This document shows positions 25,868 through 39,343 of a stretch of DNA of 64,000 nt, in pieces. Every line of letters begins with the position of its first letter. Within the stretch, counting starts at the first letter, position 1. Source of the stretch: Camelus ferus (lineage: Eukaryota); assembly GCF_009834535.1 (NCBI RefSeq), contig NC_045697.1:118236001-118300000 (forward strand), in the 5' to 3' direction. The notes beneath the pieces are model-generated. The model had not been told where the DNA came from. It was given only the letters and a program-made list of their open reading frames with translations, and did not search any database. Made by a program: the position numbers and the translations under genes.

Positions 25868-27184
25868 CAATAGCTCTTTAAAAATGTGTAAACTAGATCT
25901 TCCTGATAAAGTAATTCTTCTAGAAATAATACTTTCAATACATTGATAAGTGTATGGCCAGATACAGATTGTGCCATGTGAAATTGCCCATATTGGACCC
26001 ATTTCTTACTTAAAAGTAGCAATTTTGTATGGTTTGCCATAATAAATGTGTCTTCTGTTTTGTATCTAAGGGAAATTCACATTGTGTTTTTAGTGAGCTG
26101 GTTGCTGAAAAGAGATGATTACTCACATTTAGTATTTGGTTGGAGTTTAACTTTATTTCATTAATGCCTTATGTTGAGGACATTAAAAAGTTAGGCCAAA
26201 TAACACAGTGTGATTAACAAACGTTTGTCTTTTGCAGACATGATCTAATGCATTTTTTTACAGTTTTTGTTTTTTAACATGTTAACTTGCTCGCTGCAGG
26301 ACACATTCTTGAGAGCATAGACAAGAGTTATGTCACTTAAAATGCAATGACAGGGCTATTATGTTTGTTTTGAAGTTTTTGCCAATGAAATATAAGATAA
26401 CAAATTAGCCACTATGGCTCATTATGTTAAATTTATGCATTAAGAGAGCTTGTAAAATGATTAAAGGGCAATCTTTTATTCTTAGAGTTGGAATATTTTC
26501 ATTAAAAGCATATATAAAATTTTGACTATTGCTTAGGTTTTAAATTATTGAAATAACATTCTATTAGGGGCAACCCCAATCCAGTAGATTGAGATAGCTT
26601 ACAAGAGGAACACTCAAAACGTTTTACTAATTTTCTCTAACTCAGTTTCTGAACCCTACCAAAATTAAGTCAAATTTAAGATTCTAGCTCTACATGCTTT
26701 GGGAAGATGTGACTTTCTGGCTTAAGGAAAAGAAGTTCGAGAATGATTTATAAAACTTTAAAATTTCCAGACGTAACTTCTCATAAAACTCTTTGGATAT
26801 CAAATGCAATAGCATTTACCAAACATTTTGATGAGTTAAGTGTAAATGAATCAGTAACATAAGGATTAAATTTCCCTACAAATACACAAGAGCTTGAAAA
26901 ATTAGGGGAAGGAGTGCCTTGGCAGGATTCAGTTGGGTTTTGTCAAATCCAAAGAGTTTCAAAACTACGTTTTGAAGTTTTTCTGAAACTGAAACCTCAC
27001 TATTTTTGATCATCTTTTGTTACAAGTCCAAACTGAAGCGTGTTTCCAAGTTCTATCGGTGATAAACAAACTGAAAGTAGCTCGGACCAGGACCACAGGT
27101 GCACTTTCGCAAATAGTTTTATAGCCTTAAGGGATTCATCGTACCGTTTTCCTACAAATGTCCCTTAGAGTTATAAAAACTAAA

Positions 27185-27505
27185 ACTGGAGGAAGGTGGT
27201 CAAGGGTGTAAATTTTCAATTAAAAGGTGGACAAATACTAAGAAAGTGATGTATGAATGGTGGCCACAGGCAGCACTGCTGTACAGCACAGAGGGAGATG
27301 CTGACAGGGATCTAAGAATTCTCATCCCAAGGAGAATTTCTTCTCTTTCTTTTTCTTTTTATTGCATCTGTATGAGATGATGGATTTAACTAAACTTTTC
27401 ACAGTAATCAATTCACAAAATACGTAAGTCAAACCATTGTACTGTACACCTTAAACTTGTACAGAGATGTGTATCAGTTATATCTCAATAAAACTGGAAA
27501 ATATG
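27185..27505 (+). mobile_element. L1MA/L1MB-like 3' end
   Basis: GTACACCTTAAACTTGTACAG...TATATCTCAATAAAACTGGAAAA terminal motif. Confidence 0.75.
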
Positions 27506-28914
27506 AAATAAAAAGAAATTCCAGGAAGTAACAAAAGTAGAAAACAAATAACCTGACTCCACAGGTTCTCAAATTTTCTGTTATCAGTAATAATTTCACA
27601 ATGTTCCTATGCCAAAGGAAACCTCTAGCAGGTTCATTTATTAAGTAGTTAGGTCTACACAATAAGTTTTAATATCCCAACAACTTAGTGGTCATGTTCA
27701 AAGACACTACACATAAATTTTTTTTTAAATAATAGTTTTGTTTTTTTCTTAAGTAACCACAATTACTAATGGGTTATGTGTGCCTAGTGAAGTCCTACAC
27801 AACTTCTCAGTCCTTGAAACCTGATTAGTCATTACCTCATTTCCTGTTTTACTCTGATTTTCTAATAGCATTTGGTGTTTATTGTATTTTTTTAAAAAGT
27901 TAAAACTTAAAAAAAAAAAATCCCAGGTTGGTAGAGATATTAACATCACTGAGAGGAATGTATCATGAAATACATGGAAACTGTGAACTACCTTGACCTA
28001 GTAGCTCAGATGTCCAAGAAATGTTGAGTGTTTCTATGTTTCTTTTAGAAATATATTCCATATGTGTCTATGAGCTCACTATGGCACCCAGGGTACCTTA
28101 GGGCAGAGTTTGAGAACTGTGGGTTTTATCAGTTCTGTTAAGTTATCTTCCAATCATTTCAGGATTTTCAGTATCCATTTATTTATAATCAAGCAAGTAT
28201 TGACAGGAGTGAAGCCAACAGTAACAAAAATGACTTTTACTGAACACTAAAAGTAGTATTTTATAATGTACGACAATATATTCTTATACTTACAAAAGTT
28301 GTAATGAATTAAGAAAATAATACAGTCACTGGAGCTTATGTTTTTCATAACGAACAACATAATTTACTATAACATATGTATGTATAACATAACAATGTTA
28401 ACAATACATTTGAAGGAATGTTAACTAACATTTAATAGAATTTTTTGTTTTTTTAACTGAAAATATGAGAATCAACATCTATGTTAGTGACAAACTTCAT
28501 GAAAAGATTTTTTTAAGGGAGAATTAATTTGGCATTATTTCATTACATTTGAAAAAAGTTTTAAATATAGTGTAGAACACAGTAGTTTAAGGAGAAAATA
28601 AAATAACATTTGTTCATCTTGGTGTTCTTCACACATATTGCGTCTAAAATTAAGTAAATGGATTTTACTGCAGAAGGAGTCTGCAAAGGAGCCTGTCTAC
28701 GAGGTTTTAAGGACTAAGCAAAAGCTTCTCTTTAAGGTAATGTTATCATGAAATTTTTTCAGACTAGGCATATACATAATTTTTAGTCACAATTCAAATG
28801 TCTTGCTAAAAACTTTAGTTAATGGAAGTCACGTGTGTGTATGCATAGTAAGCAAATACTCACAAGACTTAAGAAAGTCCCTATGAGTAAGTCTGGAGGA
28901 ATATATAGTGCATC

Positions 28915-29960
28915 TGCCCGATGGATATAAATATTTATAGAAGACCTACCGTGGACTGGCCAGATTCTGGGTGCTCGGGGTGGAGAAGTAAACACTACAA
29001 CGAGGGATCATTTCCATCCTAAAGCTTTCATGTCAACAAAGGAAACCGTCGATGCGATGAGTAAGCAGACTACCTCGAGAATGAGTAGGAAATCCATGCT
29101 GAGAAGGAAAAGTAAATTAGTGGAAGGTGAAAGGAAGTGTTGGGGGAGGGTTGAAAATTTAGAAGATCTAGACAGAAGGGCCTTCGGGAGAATGTGAAGG
29201 AAGAAACAAAAGAAGTAAAAGAGGGAACCCTGGGGAGATCTCGAGGAAGGGCAGGCCAGGAAGAAAAAGACCCAGGAGCAATGGTCCTCTCTGGGAAGGC
29301 CCCTGCTGATGCCACGGTCAGCATCCTGAAGCCAAGCGAGAGAGACGGAGCGCGCCAGAAGCAAACTCAGAGAGGCACCCTGGGGCAAGGCCACACCGGT
29401 GAGAGGAGAGGCCTCCGGGGGTCTCCGAGAGCAGCACTGCTGGGGGGTGACACGGACGCCAACAGCATCGCTTCAGCGCCGGGACTGTGCACACAGGGAG
29501 GCTAGTCACAGAACAAGACGAGAGATAAGGGGGTCCTGGACCTGGAGGGTGATAACAGAAGGGGTGAGGTTCTGTACATACTTTGAAGATCTATTTGCCC
29601 CATCCAGTAGGGCCAAATGCAGTCATTTAAATTAAAATTTTAGTTACTAAAAATGAAGTAAAACTAAAAATTCAGTTAGCTCCGTGAGCCCACGGTGCCG
29701 TTGGACAGCACAGATCATTGACATTTTTCATCAGTGTAGAAAGACATTTGGGCAGCCCTCATAGAACGAAGGGTATTTCCTGACACATCTGAAGTGGGAT
29801 CTGAGGGGAAGAAAGCAGTCAAGGACGGTGTTCAGCCTGAGCAGTTAGAAAAATTGAGTACAAGGATGGAAAAGCATGAGAAAAGCAGGTTTGGAGGAAA
29901 TACCAGGAGCTTGGTTTTTGAAACGTTCAACTGAAGGGGCTTATTAGGCATCCGATAAAG
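28915..29960 (-). mobile_element. L2 LINE fragments
   Basis: ATATTTATAGAAGACCTAC...TCTGGGTGCT and GCAGGTTTGGAGGAAA..CAGGAGCTTGGTTTTTGAAACGTT resemble antisense L2. Confidence 0.55.
29590..29762 (-). mobile_element. MER3-like hAT-Charlie element inserted in L2
   Basis: ATTTAAATTAAAATT...AAAATTCAGTT...TTGGACAGCACAGAT..ACATTTTTCATCAGTGTAGAAAG matches MER3. Confidence 0.65.
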
Positions 29961-30639
29961 ATCTCAAGTGTGAGTCCAGCTTGAAGGGCGAAGTCTGGGC
30001 GGGGCGGCCGAAGCAGGTTGCTGCGTGCCAGTCAGTCTTCCGGACTCTTGCACAGTGCACTCAGTTTCCACAACAATCTCTGGGGCCAGGTACGGTTCTC
30101 CCCATTTTATCCATGAAGAAAGTACGCCCTGGGGCATACCACTTCTTGTGAGATGCTGAGGATGAGGATCCATGAGATTTCTCCCCATCTACAGAGGAAG
30201 CTGACTCAAAATAAAGCCAAACAAACACAAGAAGTGTGGAGAGATGCAGAAAGAGGGAGAAAGAGAGAGATCCTGACTCCTGCAGCATTCCTTTTGAGTC
30301 TGGGAGCTAATCCAAGGGTCATTCTCACCCTATGAGGCAAAAAACTGAAAGCATTGTGGCCTGAAAATTCAGGAATAGTACAATCTATGAGGTCTTATTT
30401 CAAATGTGAGATGCTGTAGCTTTCTAAGAAAATGTAGTAGATTTGTTAATGCTAAGGAAATCTTGTATATATTTTTACTTTATCCATGAGATAACTACTC
30501 CTAGAAATAATTTTAAAACAAAACCTGCTCTCTCTCTTAGCTTACATTAAATATAAACCTTCTATAAAATATTTTCCAAAGAAATTCTTATCTCTTTTGG
30601 TCTGGATTACTGTGTCTAATGCATTATCATTAAAATAAC

Positions 30640-31245
30640 TTTATCTTTTCTGTTAAATAAACTTGCTGAAGTGTAACTTACATTTATAAAAGTGCACAAA
30701 TGGTAAGCTTGCAGTTGGCAAGGTGAAAATACCATTTCGCTTTACAGTTTCATAAGGTGAAAAAAAAAACCCATGTACTCAGTCTTCATAGATCAAAAGC
30801 CTCAGAACCCCCCTTTATACAACACAATGCCATCATTAGCCCCTCCTCCCCCAGGATTACTATTATGCTGACCTCAAATAACAGTACATTTCTCTCAACT
30901 GGTTTTAAATTCCCTGTAAAAAGAAACATACAGCATACGGTCTTTTGTGTCTGGTTTCTGTCACTCACCATGCTGTTGGGTAGTGGTAATTTGTGGATTC
31001 TCATGCTCTCAAATATTCCATTATATAAACACAACGCAATTTATTTATTCATTCCATCACTGGTGGACATTTTTTCCAGTTGGAGCTATTATGAATAGCG
31101 TTGCTATTTGCATTCATTTACATGTGTTTTGGGGAATACATGCACACTTCTTTGCTAGGAATATACCTATGAATGACATTGCTAGAGTATAGTCGTGTTA
31201 TGCAGGTGTTCTGTTTAAATACATACTGCTAAACAGCTCCCAGCA
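30640..31245 (-). mobile_element. Old L1MB/L1ME 3' region
   Basis: GTCTTTTGTGTCTGGTTTCTGTCACTCA...GGTGGACATTTTTTCCAGTTGGAGCTATTATGAATA antisense L1 motifs. Confidence 0.75.
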
Positions 31246-31639
31246 TTATTGGTGTTAATGTTTCTTTAAAACAGGATAATATATGAATGGAAACTAATAA
31301 TTCTAAAGATTATTTCCACCCCCCTCTTCCCATCCAGGAAATTGTTTGATATTACCTACTTTTCTATTGTGTAAGTAATGTAATTACCCTTTGGATACAG
31401 AAATTTTAATTTTACCTAAGTATGATATCAAACTAAGCAAGCCTAACCACAAACTTCTGTATTAAAATTTCTAATGATAGTGTATAAACATAGAAATCTG
31501 TTGTTTTCTACTATTGTGTGAAAAAATAAAACATTATCCTTTTGGCTTATTAATAACGTTTTACTGAGGGTCAAATAACATAGTAGATGTGAGTGAAATC
31601 CCTTAGGGGTAGATCCCCATTTACAGTTGATTGTGTACG

Positions 31640-32437
31640 TCCCGTAGACTTGCTAAACTGAGGAGACACGGTATCTGCCCCCGCCCCTTCCCACATACCC
31701 AGTAGACCATGGTGGGGCAGCAAGAGGGGAAGATGGAAACCAGACATGAATTCCTGGTCCACAGCGTTTCTGAAATCCAGCCTGGTGACTGTCAGACATT
31801 TTCTCATTAGGTCCCCAAAATATAATTTTAATTGCCCCTCTGCTTCTTCCTCTGGACGCTTGGTTCTGCCCTCTGAGTCGTTCTTTCCTCATGAAAGGTA
31901 AGTCTTGTTTTCAGCAGAGTAGTTTTCTTGTACGGTTAACTGCTAGGAGAATTGTGGGGGGCAAAGGAAAATCCAACAACCTCTTTTCACTCTGTTCTGT
32001 GACTTTATAGACTCCCTGTGAATGTCACTGGAGTCACTCCATTAGACAAAACCAAGTCCATAAATCTTTCAGACATAAACCCTTAAGCTGCCCTTTAACA
32101 AACCTTTTGTGTGACTGACTACCCCTCTGAGGTACTGCCATTGGTCTTTCTAAAGGCTGACCAAAGATGGGATAGTAACACTCTCAGATTCATCGGTAGA
32201 CCATCTGTCTTTTCGGCAATGCCATGGAACTGATCTTTCTCAAAGACATCTCTTGATTTTAGCATCATTTATCAGTTGGAGAAGCTAAGAATTTTCACAA
32301 CCATCATGTTCTGGCTCCTTCTCTCAATGTCTTGCTCCCCTTTCACACTTTACAACAGAGAAGGAAGGAAGGAAAAAAGGAAGGAAGGAAGGAAGGAAGG
32401 AAGGAAGGAAGGAAGGAAGGAAGGAAGGAAGGAAGGA

Positions 32438-32517
<80 letters not shown>

Positions 32518-32890
32518 AAAAGAAAGAAAGAAGAGGAAGAAAGAGGAAGGGAGAGAGAAAGAGGAAGGAAGGCTGGAAATCAGGCAGGATTAAACAAGTT
32601 GCTTGGCAATCTCCCTAGCTACATACACGTTCCATTAGAGACATTTTCTATGCTGTGTGTTATTGCAGGTGACAGTACTGCTAGATTTCCAGTCATTACG
32701 TATCGAGGATCCTCCTTTTCTCCAGCATCTAATAACACCTTGTTCACTTTTGGGGCGTGGGGGGCGCTCTCACTGCTGGCAACATCCTCACAGTCCAGAT
32801 CTCTACCGTCTCTCTGAAGCAATTCAGGCTTTCTCTAACAAACTCCACAAAGTCATTCTCTACTGCTTGTTGTCTTACAGCTTCTGTAAA
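31640..32890 (-). mobile_element. MaLR internal sequence (MLT1-int-like)
   Basis: GGATCCTCCTTTTCTCCAGCATCTAATAACA...AGTCCAGATCTCTAC...GCAATTCAGGCTTTCTCTA resembles antisense MLT1-int and is homologous to 39715-39935 in the opposite orientation. Confidence 0.65.
32357..32572 (+). repeat. Compound (GGAA)n(GAAA)n microsatellite, 216-nt pure purine tract
   Basis: Directly visible; no pyrimidine between 32357 and 32572. Confidence 0.98.
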
Positions 32891-33275
32891 TCAGAATCTG
32901 GCCCCAGATTGACTGGCCCAGGATTTCTTGAAAGGCTGTAATCAAGGTGTTAGACAGGGTTACAGTTATCTCAAGGATCAAACTGGACAGGAACCAAGAC
33001 CACTCACATGTCTGGAAAGGAAGAAAGGAAGATGATGTGGTCAAAATGTCTTGGAATCTTTCAAATGACAGGCCTTCTGGCAAATACACTGACAGCAAAT
33101 TCTAACACAGAGCACTACTCTGTGGTCTGTGTTGGTGGGGTGTGCCTGGTCTGTTTAGGTGTGCGTACAGTAAACAAAGCTTGAATCTGTGAAGTACGGG
33201 GTGTACCTCCCAGGAAAATGTCATGTAAGCTACATAACTCTCAGAGTACAAAATAGAAATATTTTAAAATTGAGG

Positions 33276-33390
33276 AGGGGAAGGTAGAGCTTAGCAGTAG
33301 AGCACACGCTTAGCATGCATGAGGTCCTGGGCTCAATGTCCAGTATCTCCACTAAAAATTTTTTAAAATTTAAAAGTTAAATAAATTAAA
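33276..33390 (+). mobile_element. tRNA-Ala-derived SINE (Vic-1 type), diverged
   Basis: GGTAGAGCTTAGCAGTAGAGCACACGCTTAGCATGCATGAGGTCCTGGG...CAGTATCTCCA followed by an AT-rich tail. Confidence 0.85.
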
Positions 33391-33961
33391 TGCAAACAAC
33401 TCTGTTTTAGTAAGTGTATATCCCTTAGAGCCTTCACAGGTTAATCTGTGCAAGAGAACGTAGTCATGGGGAAAAAAGACGGGTCTGAGAACCAGCACTC
33501 GTGGTCTTAGACTTTTTCTGCTTCTTCTGTGACCCATGATTTACTTGTACTCTTTACTAAATAATTAGTAAAACTTGATCTTCAGTAAGATCTCTAATAT
33601 TTTCAGTGGTGACTTGATAATCTATTTTATGTTAGAAACAATCCAAAGAGAGATAAAACATGCACAATGATATAGAGAAACAAAATTGCCCAATAACAAT
33701 CTAACTAGATGTGCTCTCGAGGTCAAAGACTATAAAGCTACTTACCAATCTTTTCAATTGATTTTTTTGTTGTGTGTTTGTTTGCATGTGTGTTTTCTTA
33801 AAAATGTGTAAAGAGTATTTGAATACATAAAACTTAGAAATTTCTGATTTTTGCATAAAAAAATAAAAAACTAGGGCAAAAGAGAGCTTTGTACACAAAG
33901 GCAATCCTTAACATCTATGAACTTTTTAAATGATTTCCCAAATAGAAAATTGAGGGAGGAA

Positions 33962-34100
33962 GGGGGGGTTATAGCTCAAATGGTAGAGTGCATGCTTAGC
34001 ACACACAAGGTCCTGAGTTTAATCTCCAGTACCTCCTCCAAAAATAAATAAATAAGAAAACCTAGTTACCCACCCCCACCAATAAAAAGGAAAAAAGAAA
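33962..34100 (+). mobile_element. tRNA-Ala-derived SINE (Vic-1 type)
   Basis: TATAGCTCAAATGGTAGAGTGCATGCTTAGCA head; perfect 18-bp TSD AGAAAATTGAGGGAGGAA at 33944-33961 and 34101-34118. Confidence 0.92.
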
Positions 34101-36381
34101 AGAAAATTGAGGGAGGAAAAAAAGAACCAACACATGTGACCAATAACTGAAATGAAAAAAAAAAAAAAAAGAAATGCAGCAGGTCAAAATGCAAATTTAA
34201 GGAAGGTGCTACTACTTTTTATCTAACAAATATTAAAGACGTTTTTCCAATGAGTAATGCCCAGTGTTTTCTAGGGAGAATGGATGTGGTCACTGTCACT
34301 AAGATAAAAGCTCATGCATTTTATATCTACAGGGAAATCTTACCTTATGCTTCATAACTTTGTAAATGCCCCTCTGTCTTGACCAGCTATTTTCACTTCT
34401 ATAAATTTAGAGTAATATTCTGAGATATAGAGAGATTTATGTAGAAAAATGTTAATGATACACAATGTAAAATATAACTGTCCAAAATTAGGAGAATGCT
34501 TTCATAAAGTCAGATACATCTACGGAGTCCATATGATCTAAAAATTTAAAATTACATTATAGAATCATCATCATAATAATTACTGTTTGCTAATGGTAGC
34601 TAATGCTCACTGTGTGTTTCTTAAATGTCATGTGCTGTGTCCACAAATATTGATGTAATTGTGTATACGTGTAAGAGGCAGACTAGGTAGTCATGTCTGA
34701 GTTGTTTGCTTATGGACAACTTCTTTTATCTCTTTTATATATCTTTGTATGTTAAAGCTTCTCTATGGTAGGTGCTTTTCATTTAATAACCACAGAGGAA
34801 ATGTCACAAAAATCAAAGGAACTAGGATGCTTTCCATTTTACACTGTCTAGTCGAGCAATTGGTACAGGGGTGTTAAATCAATCTCTAGGCTGTATGTTT
34901 TCTACTGTAGCAAAAAAAGATACAAAGGCCAACATTTTCTTATCCTCTATTCCTTGCCTTCAAGTTGAATATTATGATTTTAGGAGAAAAATGTGTATGT
35001 ACTTGTTATGTATGTATCTCAAACGCATGGCTTGTCTTTTGGACCATGTCTGGACACTCCAGTAATGGTTTCCTGGCAACAAAGGGATGGTATTCTGTGA
35101 GCACAGTTATTTATTCTTCACGCTGTACTGAGAACAATGCTGGGTGCTGTGACACAAGGTTGGAAGATGAAGGCTCCTGGGAAGAAAGAGACATTAATCA
35201 CGCACCTTCTAAATCATCCTCTCAGAGTTTATAGCTCCCAGAGCCAATGTCCACATTTCTTTGGCCTCCAAAAAAAAGATATCAAGCCTCATTCTGCCTA
35301 TAAAACTGTCTTGCAAAACATTCAAGGAAAAGCAAACCAGGTAACAAACAAGACAAGAAATATAAACAAAAGAACATTGTTCCTGGCTATATTTTTTATT
35401 CGATTCTGATAAACCAAATTGTGTGATCATCAAAAGTCTATGTATCTTAGGCCATTTACAACACTTACTCATAGAGTGAGGAACACCTTTCATCCGTTTT
35501 CCTTCTATACCAGTTTTAGGCAAAGACAACTCAACTCTTCCTCCAGAAAAATAAGCTTCTAGACAGATCAGCCTGGAGAGACTTGGCTGTCCCCTCCAAG
35601 AGCTTAAATCTGGCCACCGTGTAATAAAAAGAAGCATACGAGTCCTCCCAGTACTGTGTCAACGCTCCTCTGTGTGCGGCGGTTGGACAGTTGACTTTGA
35701 CTTTGACTTTTTGAAAAGACTTTAATCTCTATGCTTCTGTGAGCCCATGATTTGACAATTCGTGACCTTCCTTCTGCCTTACACCTGTTTCCTTCCCTCT
35801 GGTTTGGTTTGGAAGTACTCACAGAAACGGGGTCTGAAGTGGTCAGCCTTGGCAACAGCGCCTTTTAACAAATAATGAAATGGTGTTCAAAAACAAATGA
35901 TCATTTAACATTTCTTCTACTAATTAACTTTTTTTTTACACCTAAGAGTCCTGTGTGGTTTTAAGGACAGCACAGTCTCATGGGACTATATTCGGCTGAA
36001 TAGCCTCCCGGCCAGAGCAAAGAGCAGCTCTCTAACACAGTTACGCGGGACGTAATTGAGGACTCAAGTGCCAAATGGTGCATGCTGGAAATTTCACACG
36101 TACGGTTAATACTGTCTTCAGTGACGGCAATATGTTATTTAATTCCACCTGAAGCACACTCTTGGGTAATCAGACAGGGATGTCTTAAATGATTTGTTGG
36201 TTAGGATGTTTCTTCACTTGCATTTTAAATATTAATCATCAGAGTTTATAAAATAAACACGGCACACTGGCGAGGGCAGCTCATTTGGTGCAGCCACTTC
36301 CAAAGTAGAAAAGGGAGGAGGAATTGGGTCATTCAGCATTCTGCCTGGAATTGCATCTCTCACTGCAGACTTAATTAGAGC

Positions 36382-36392
36382 TGCTGACTCAT
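36382..36392 (+). promoter_or_regulatory. NF-E2/ARE (CNC-sMAF/AP-1) consensus motif in a repeat-free block
   Basis: TGCTGACTCAT is an exact match to YGCTGASTCAY. Confidence 0.4.
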
Positions 36393-38749
36393 TTCAGTCT
36401 CTGCTCATTCTTGCTCCGGCACGATGAGTTTTTATTACACAAGCAAACTCATTAACACCTTCTTTAACTTCGCTTTAAATTTATTGATTTAATTACATGA
36501 ATTTGCAGTGGTAAACGTGCAACTCTAAGGCATCTATTTTCATATTTCAATTTCCAAAAGTACACTCTTAGAATGCAGGGAGCTAGTTCCAATAGTTCTC
36601 ATGGGAAGTGAGTGAAGTTAGGTACCATTGCTTTAGTTCAAATGATAAGTACTAAAAAAAAAAAAAAAAAAAAAAAAACCCACAGAAAGAGACCTTTTAT
36701 TAAATATTGGTAATAATCAAGAAATGAATGGAAATACATATTTGTATTTTTATATTTGTAACACATGGCACTAAATTAGTATTTATACTGCATTTACTAC
36801 ATACAAGGGTTCAAAAGTTTATGTGAATAATGTTCTCAAAATGAAGAAAGAGGAGAGTGAGATGGGTGATTAGACAAGCGTATGACCCTGGCTGGTTATC
36901 AACAAAGGGAACAAAGTGTCAGGCTGCTGAAAAACAGGACATTTTCTCTTGTCCCACAGCTGGCCCCTTGGTTCCAAGGACATCACCCTCCAACAGGATG
37001 CCTATATTGCACAACTGCTCCACTGATCTCAAGGACATACCCCAGCATCTCTTTCTTTGTTCTCCTTCCTGCCGAAGTTTCTGCTTTAGGGCTGAGCTCC
37101 GTGGGGGGAAGAGCCCATTAGAGAAGGTGACGGCACCACTGGAATGAAGATAAGGATGGCAGAGCTGTCCAGTAAAAGACCCCGTGGTCCCATCCGGGGC
37201 TGGAGCTGTCTCCACCGGCTCCCTGGCTGGCGGCTCCCCACTCCAGGGCTTTCCCTCTCCCCTTCTCTCCTCTTTTTGAGCAATAGACCAGCCTTTCACT
37301 TTGTCTCTCTGCCTCTGCTGAGAATTCCTTCTCAACCAGCAGGCAAGGACCACACTTCCAGCAGGCTTTCTCATTGGGGAATCTCTCTATCTGCTAAAAA
37401 AAGGATTTGAGAGGTTTAGACACAAGCAGCCTGTCAGCCAGATTCCCACAGTCAGCATTCTGCTCCAAGGCCAACATCCGCCCAGGACAGAAAGTATTGA
37501 AAGAAGAAGTAAACACAATAAAATGATTTCAATAGCCTCCCTGGTGGCTGTTGGGTCTGAAAGTTTTTGCCTGTCTTTTTTTAATCAATCTGCATTTCCT
37601 ACTTGGGCACCAACTTCCTAATTTCTGTCACCGTGAGTTACTTTTGCCAGTTCTTGGACTTTAGGTAAATGGTATCATATTTATAGAGAGAAGAGAAGTT
37701 TTAAAGTCCAATTATTAGCATGGCACTATTAACACCTCAAACTTACTGTTACACAAAAACCAACACTTAATCTGGGCAAGATGTCCAGAAATATTTTGTC
37801 AAGAATAATCACCAATGGGAAGAAAACCTGTTATCCTTCAAACGTTTAAACCGCATCAATATGTTACAGAAACAATTTTATCATCAAAATTCTCCAAGCA
37901 TTTAGGACCATGGTGAGCCATAACTACAGGTTTTAAGTAATTTTTAAGTATTCAGTCTCATCCAAATGCTTCTAATTAACAGTCTCACTGTGGATGCATT
38001 TATTTGACATCCATAAAACAAAATTTTCCATGTCATTCCAAATCACTTTAGATATAAAATGTGACATTTTCTATAGATGCATATGCTTGAAAGTTGAGAA
38101 TGCAATGCTTAATAATAAATCTTATCCAAGGATTTCAAAAGGCGTTGGAAAATCTCTACTGTGATAAACACTAGTTTGTTTTTATTAAACATTTCTCTCA
38201 GAGGTCTAAAATGTTAAGCTACTTAATCTTAGTGCTTTTAGCAGTCAACTTGATTTTGAGTCTCTGGTTCATGGGTCGTCATTGTCCATATTTTCTTCAT
38301 TTCAATTTCCTGAGAACTTCCCATGGAACTCAATCTGCCAAAGGAAATAAATGTATAGATGGTGCGAAATACTGAGATATATGCTAGTGCATGGGCTCCT
38401 GCACCCTGCAGTGGGATGTGACAGGAAGTCGAATGAGAATGCCCTGTAGTTAAACACACAGAGGACAATACCGGATCTAATTCTTGGCTGAAGTCTAGAA
38501 GCGTGCATGCAGAAAGACTAGAAGGATGTTCTAACCAGAGGAAACAGCAGAGGGGGAAAAACATTTATCAAAGAGAAAAAATAACCTCAGGATATAATTT
38601 CAGAAATAGAGGGAAATGCAGCTGGTGCGTGGTAGGGATGAGTTTGTGAAGGGTTGTGTATGCTACTGTAAGGAAGGAGGTTGGAAGCTTTGAAGGATTT
38701 TTTTTTTCAAACAAGGCAGTAGAATGATCAGAATAGCACTATTAAAGAA

Positions 38750-39343
38750 TGACGTATTTTCTATTGCTGCCATAAGAAACCACTTATAAACTTAGTGACT
38801 TGAATCAGACAGATTTATTTTCAGTTCTTCTGATCAGAGGTCCCACCTGGGTCTCTGTGAGCTAAGAGTCAGCAAGGCTGTGTTCCTTTCTGGAGGCTCT
38901 AGGAAGCCTTTCTCACTTCCTTGCTGACTGGACTCAGTGCCCCTTGGGTGTAAGACTGACATGCTCTTTCCTCACTGCTTGTAAGCAGAAGGTCATTCCC
39001 AGGTTCTAGTGGTCACCACACTCCTTGGCCTGGGGTCACGTTCCGAGCCAGGAATATCTTTCCTCCATCTTTAAGTCAGCAATGCCCAACCGAGTCCCTC
39101 TCACATCTTGAGTCTCCCCTCCTTCGTCTTTTATCCTGTATCTCTGACCCTCCTGGGAAGGTTTCAGATTTTGAAGACTCATGCAATTGAATCCAACCCA
39201 CTGGGACATCCAGGGCAACATCCCCATCTCAGCAGTGCCCTGATTGACAACCTTAATTCCATCTGCAAACTTAATTCTCTTTCTCATGTAACATAACATA
39301 TTCCCATGGACGCGGATATCCTTGAGGAGTCGTTATTCTACAG
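38750..39343 (-). mobile_element. MaLR LTR (MLT1D/E-like)
   Basis: TTTTCTATTGCTGCCATAA..AAACTTAGTGACTTGAA; GGCTGTGTTCCTTTCTGGAGGCTCTAGG; CCTTAATTCCATCTGCAAAC..ATGTAACATAACATATTC. Confidence 0.85.

Noticed and set aside
29472..29492. REST/RE1-like TTCAGCGCCGGGACTG
   Set aside because: Wrong half-site spacing and mismatches, and it lies in L2-associated sequence.
32276..32817. 105-161 aa K/E/R-rich ORFs
   Set aside because: They are translations of the (GGAA)n(GAAA)n microsatellite within a MaLR fossil.
36919..37410. 151-aa minus-strand ORF and overlapping ORFs
   Set aside because: Low-information sequence with no domain resemblance and no supporting splice structure.
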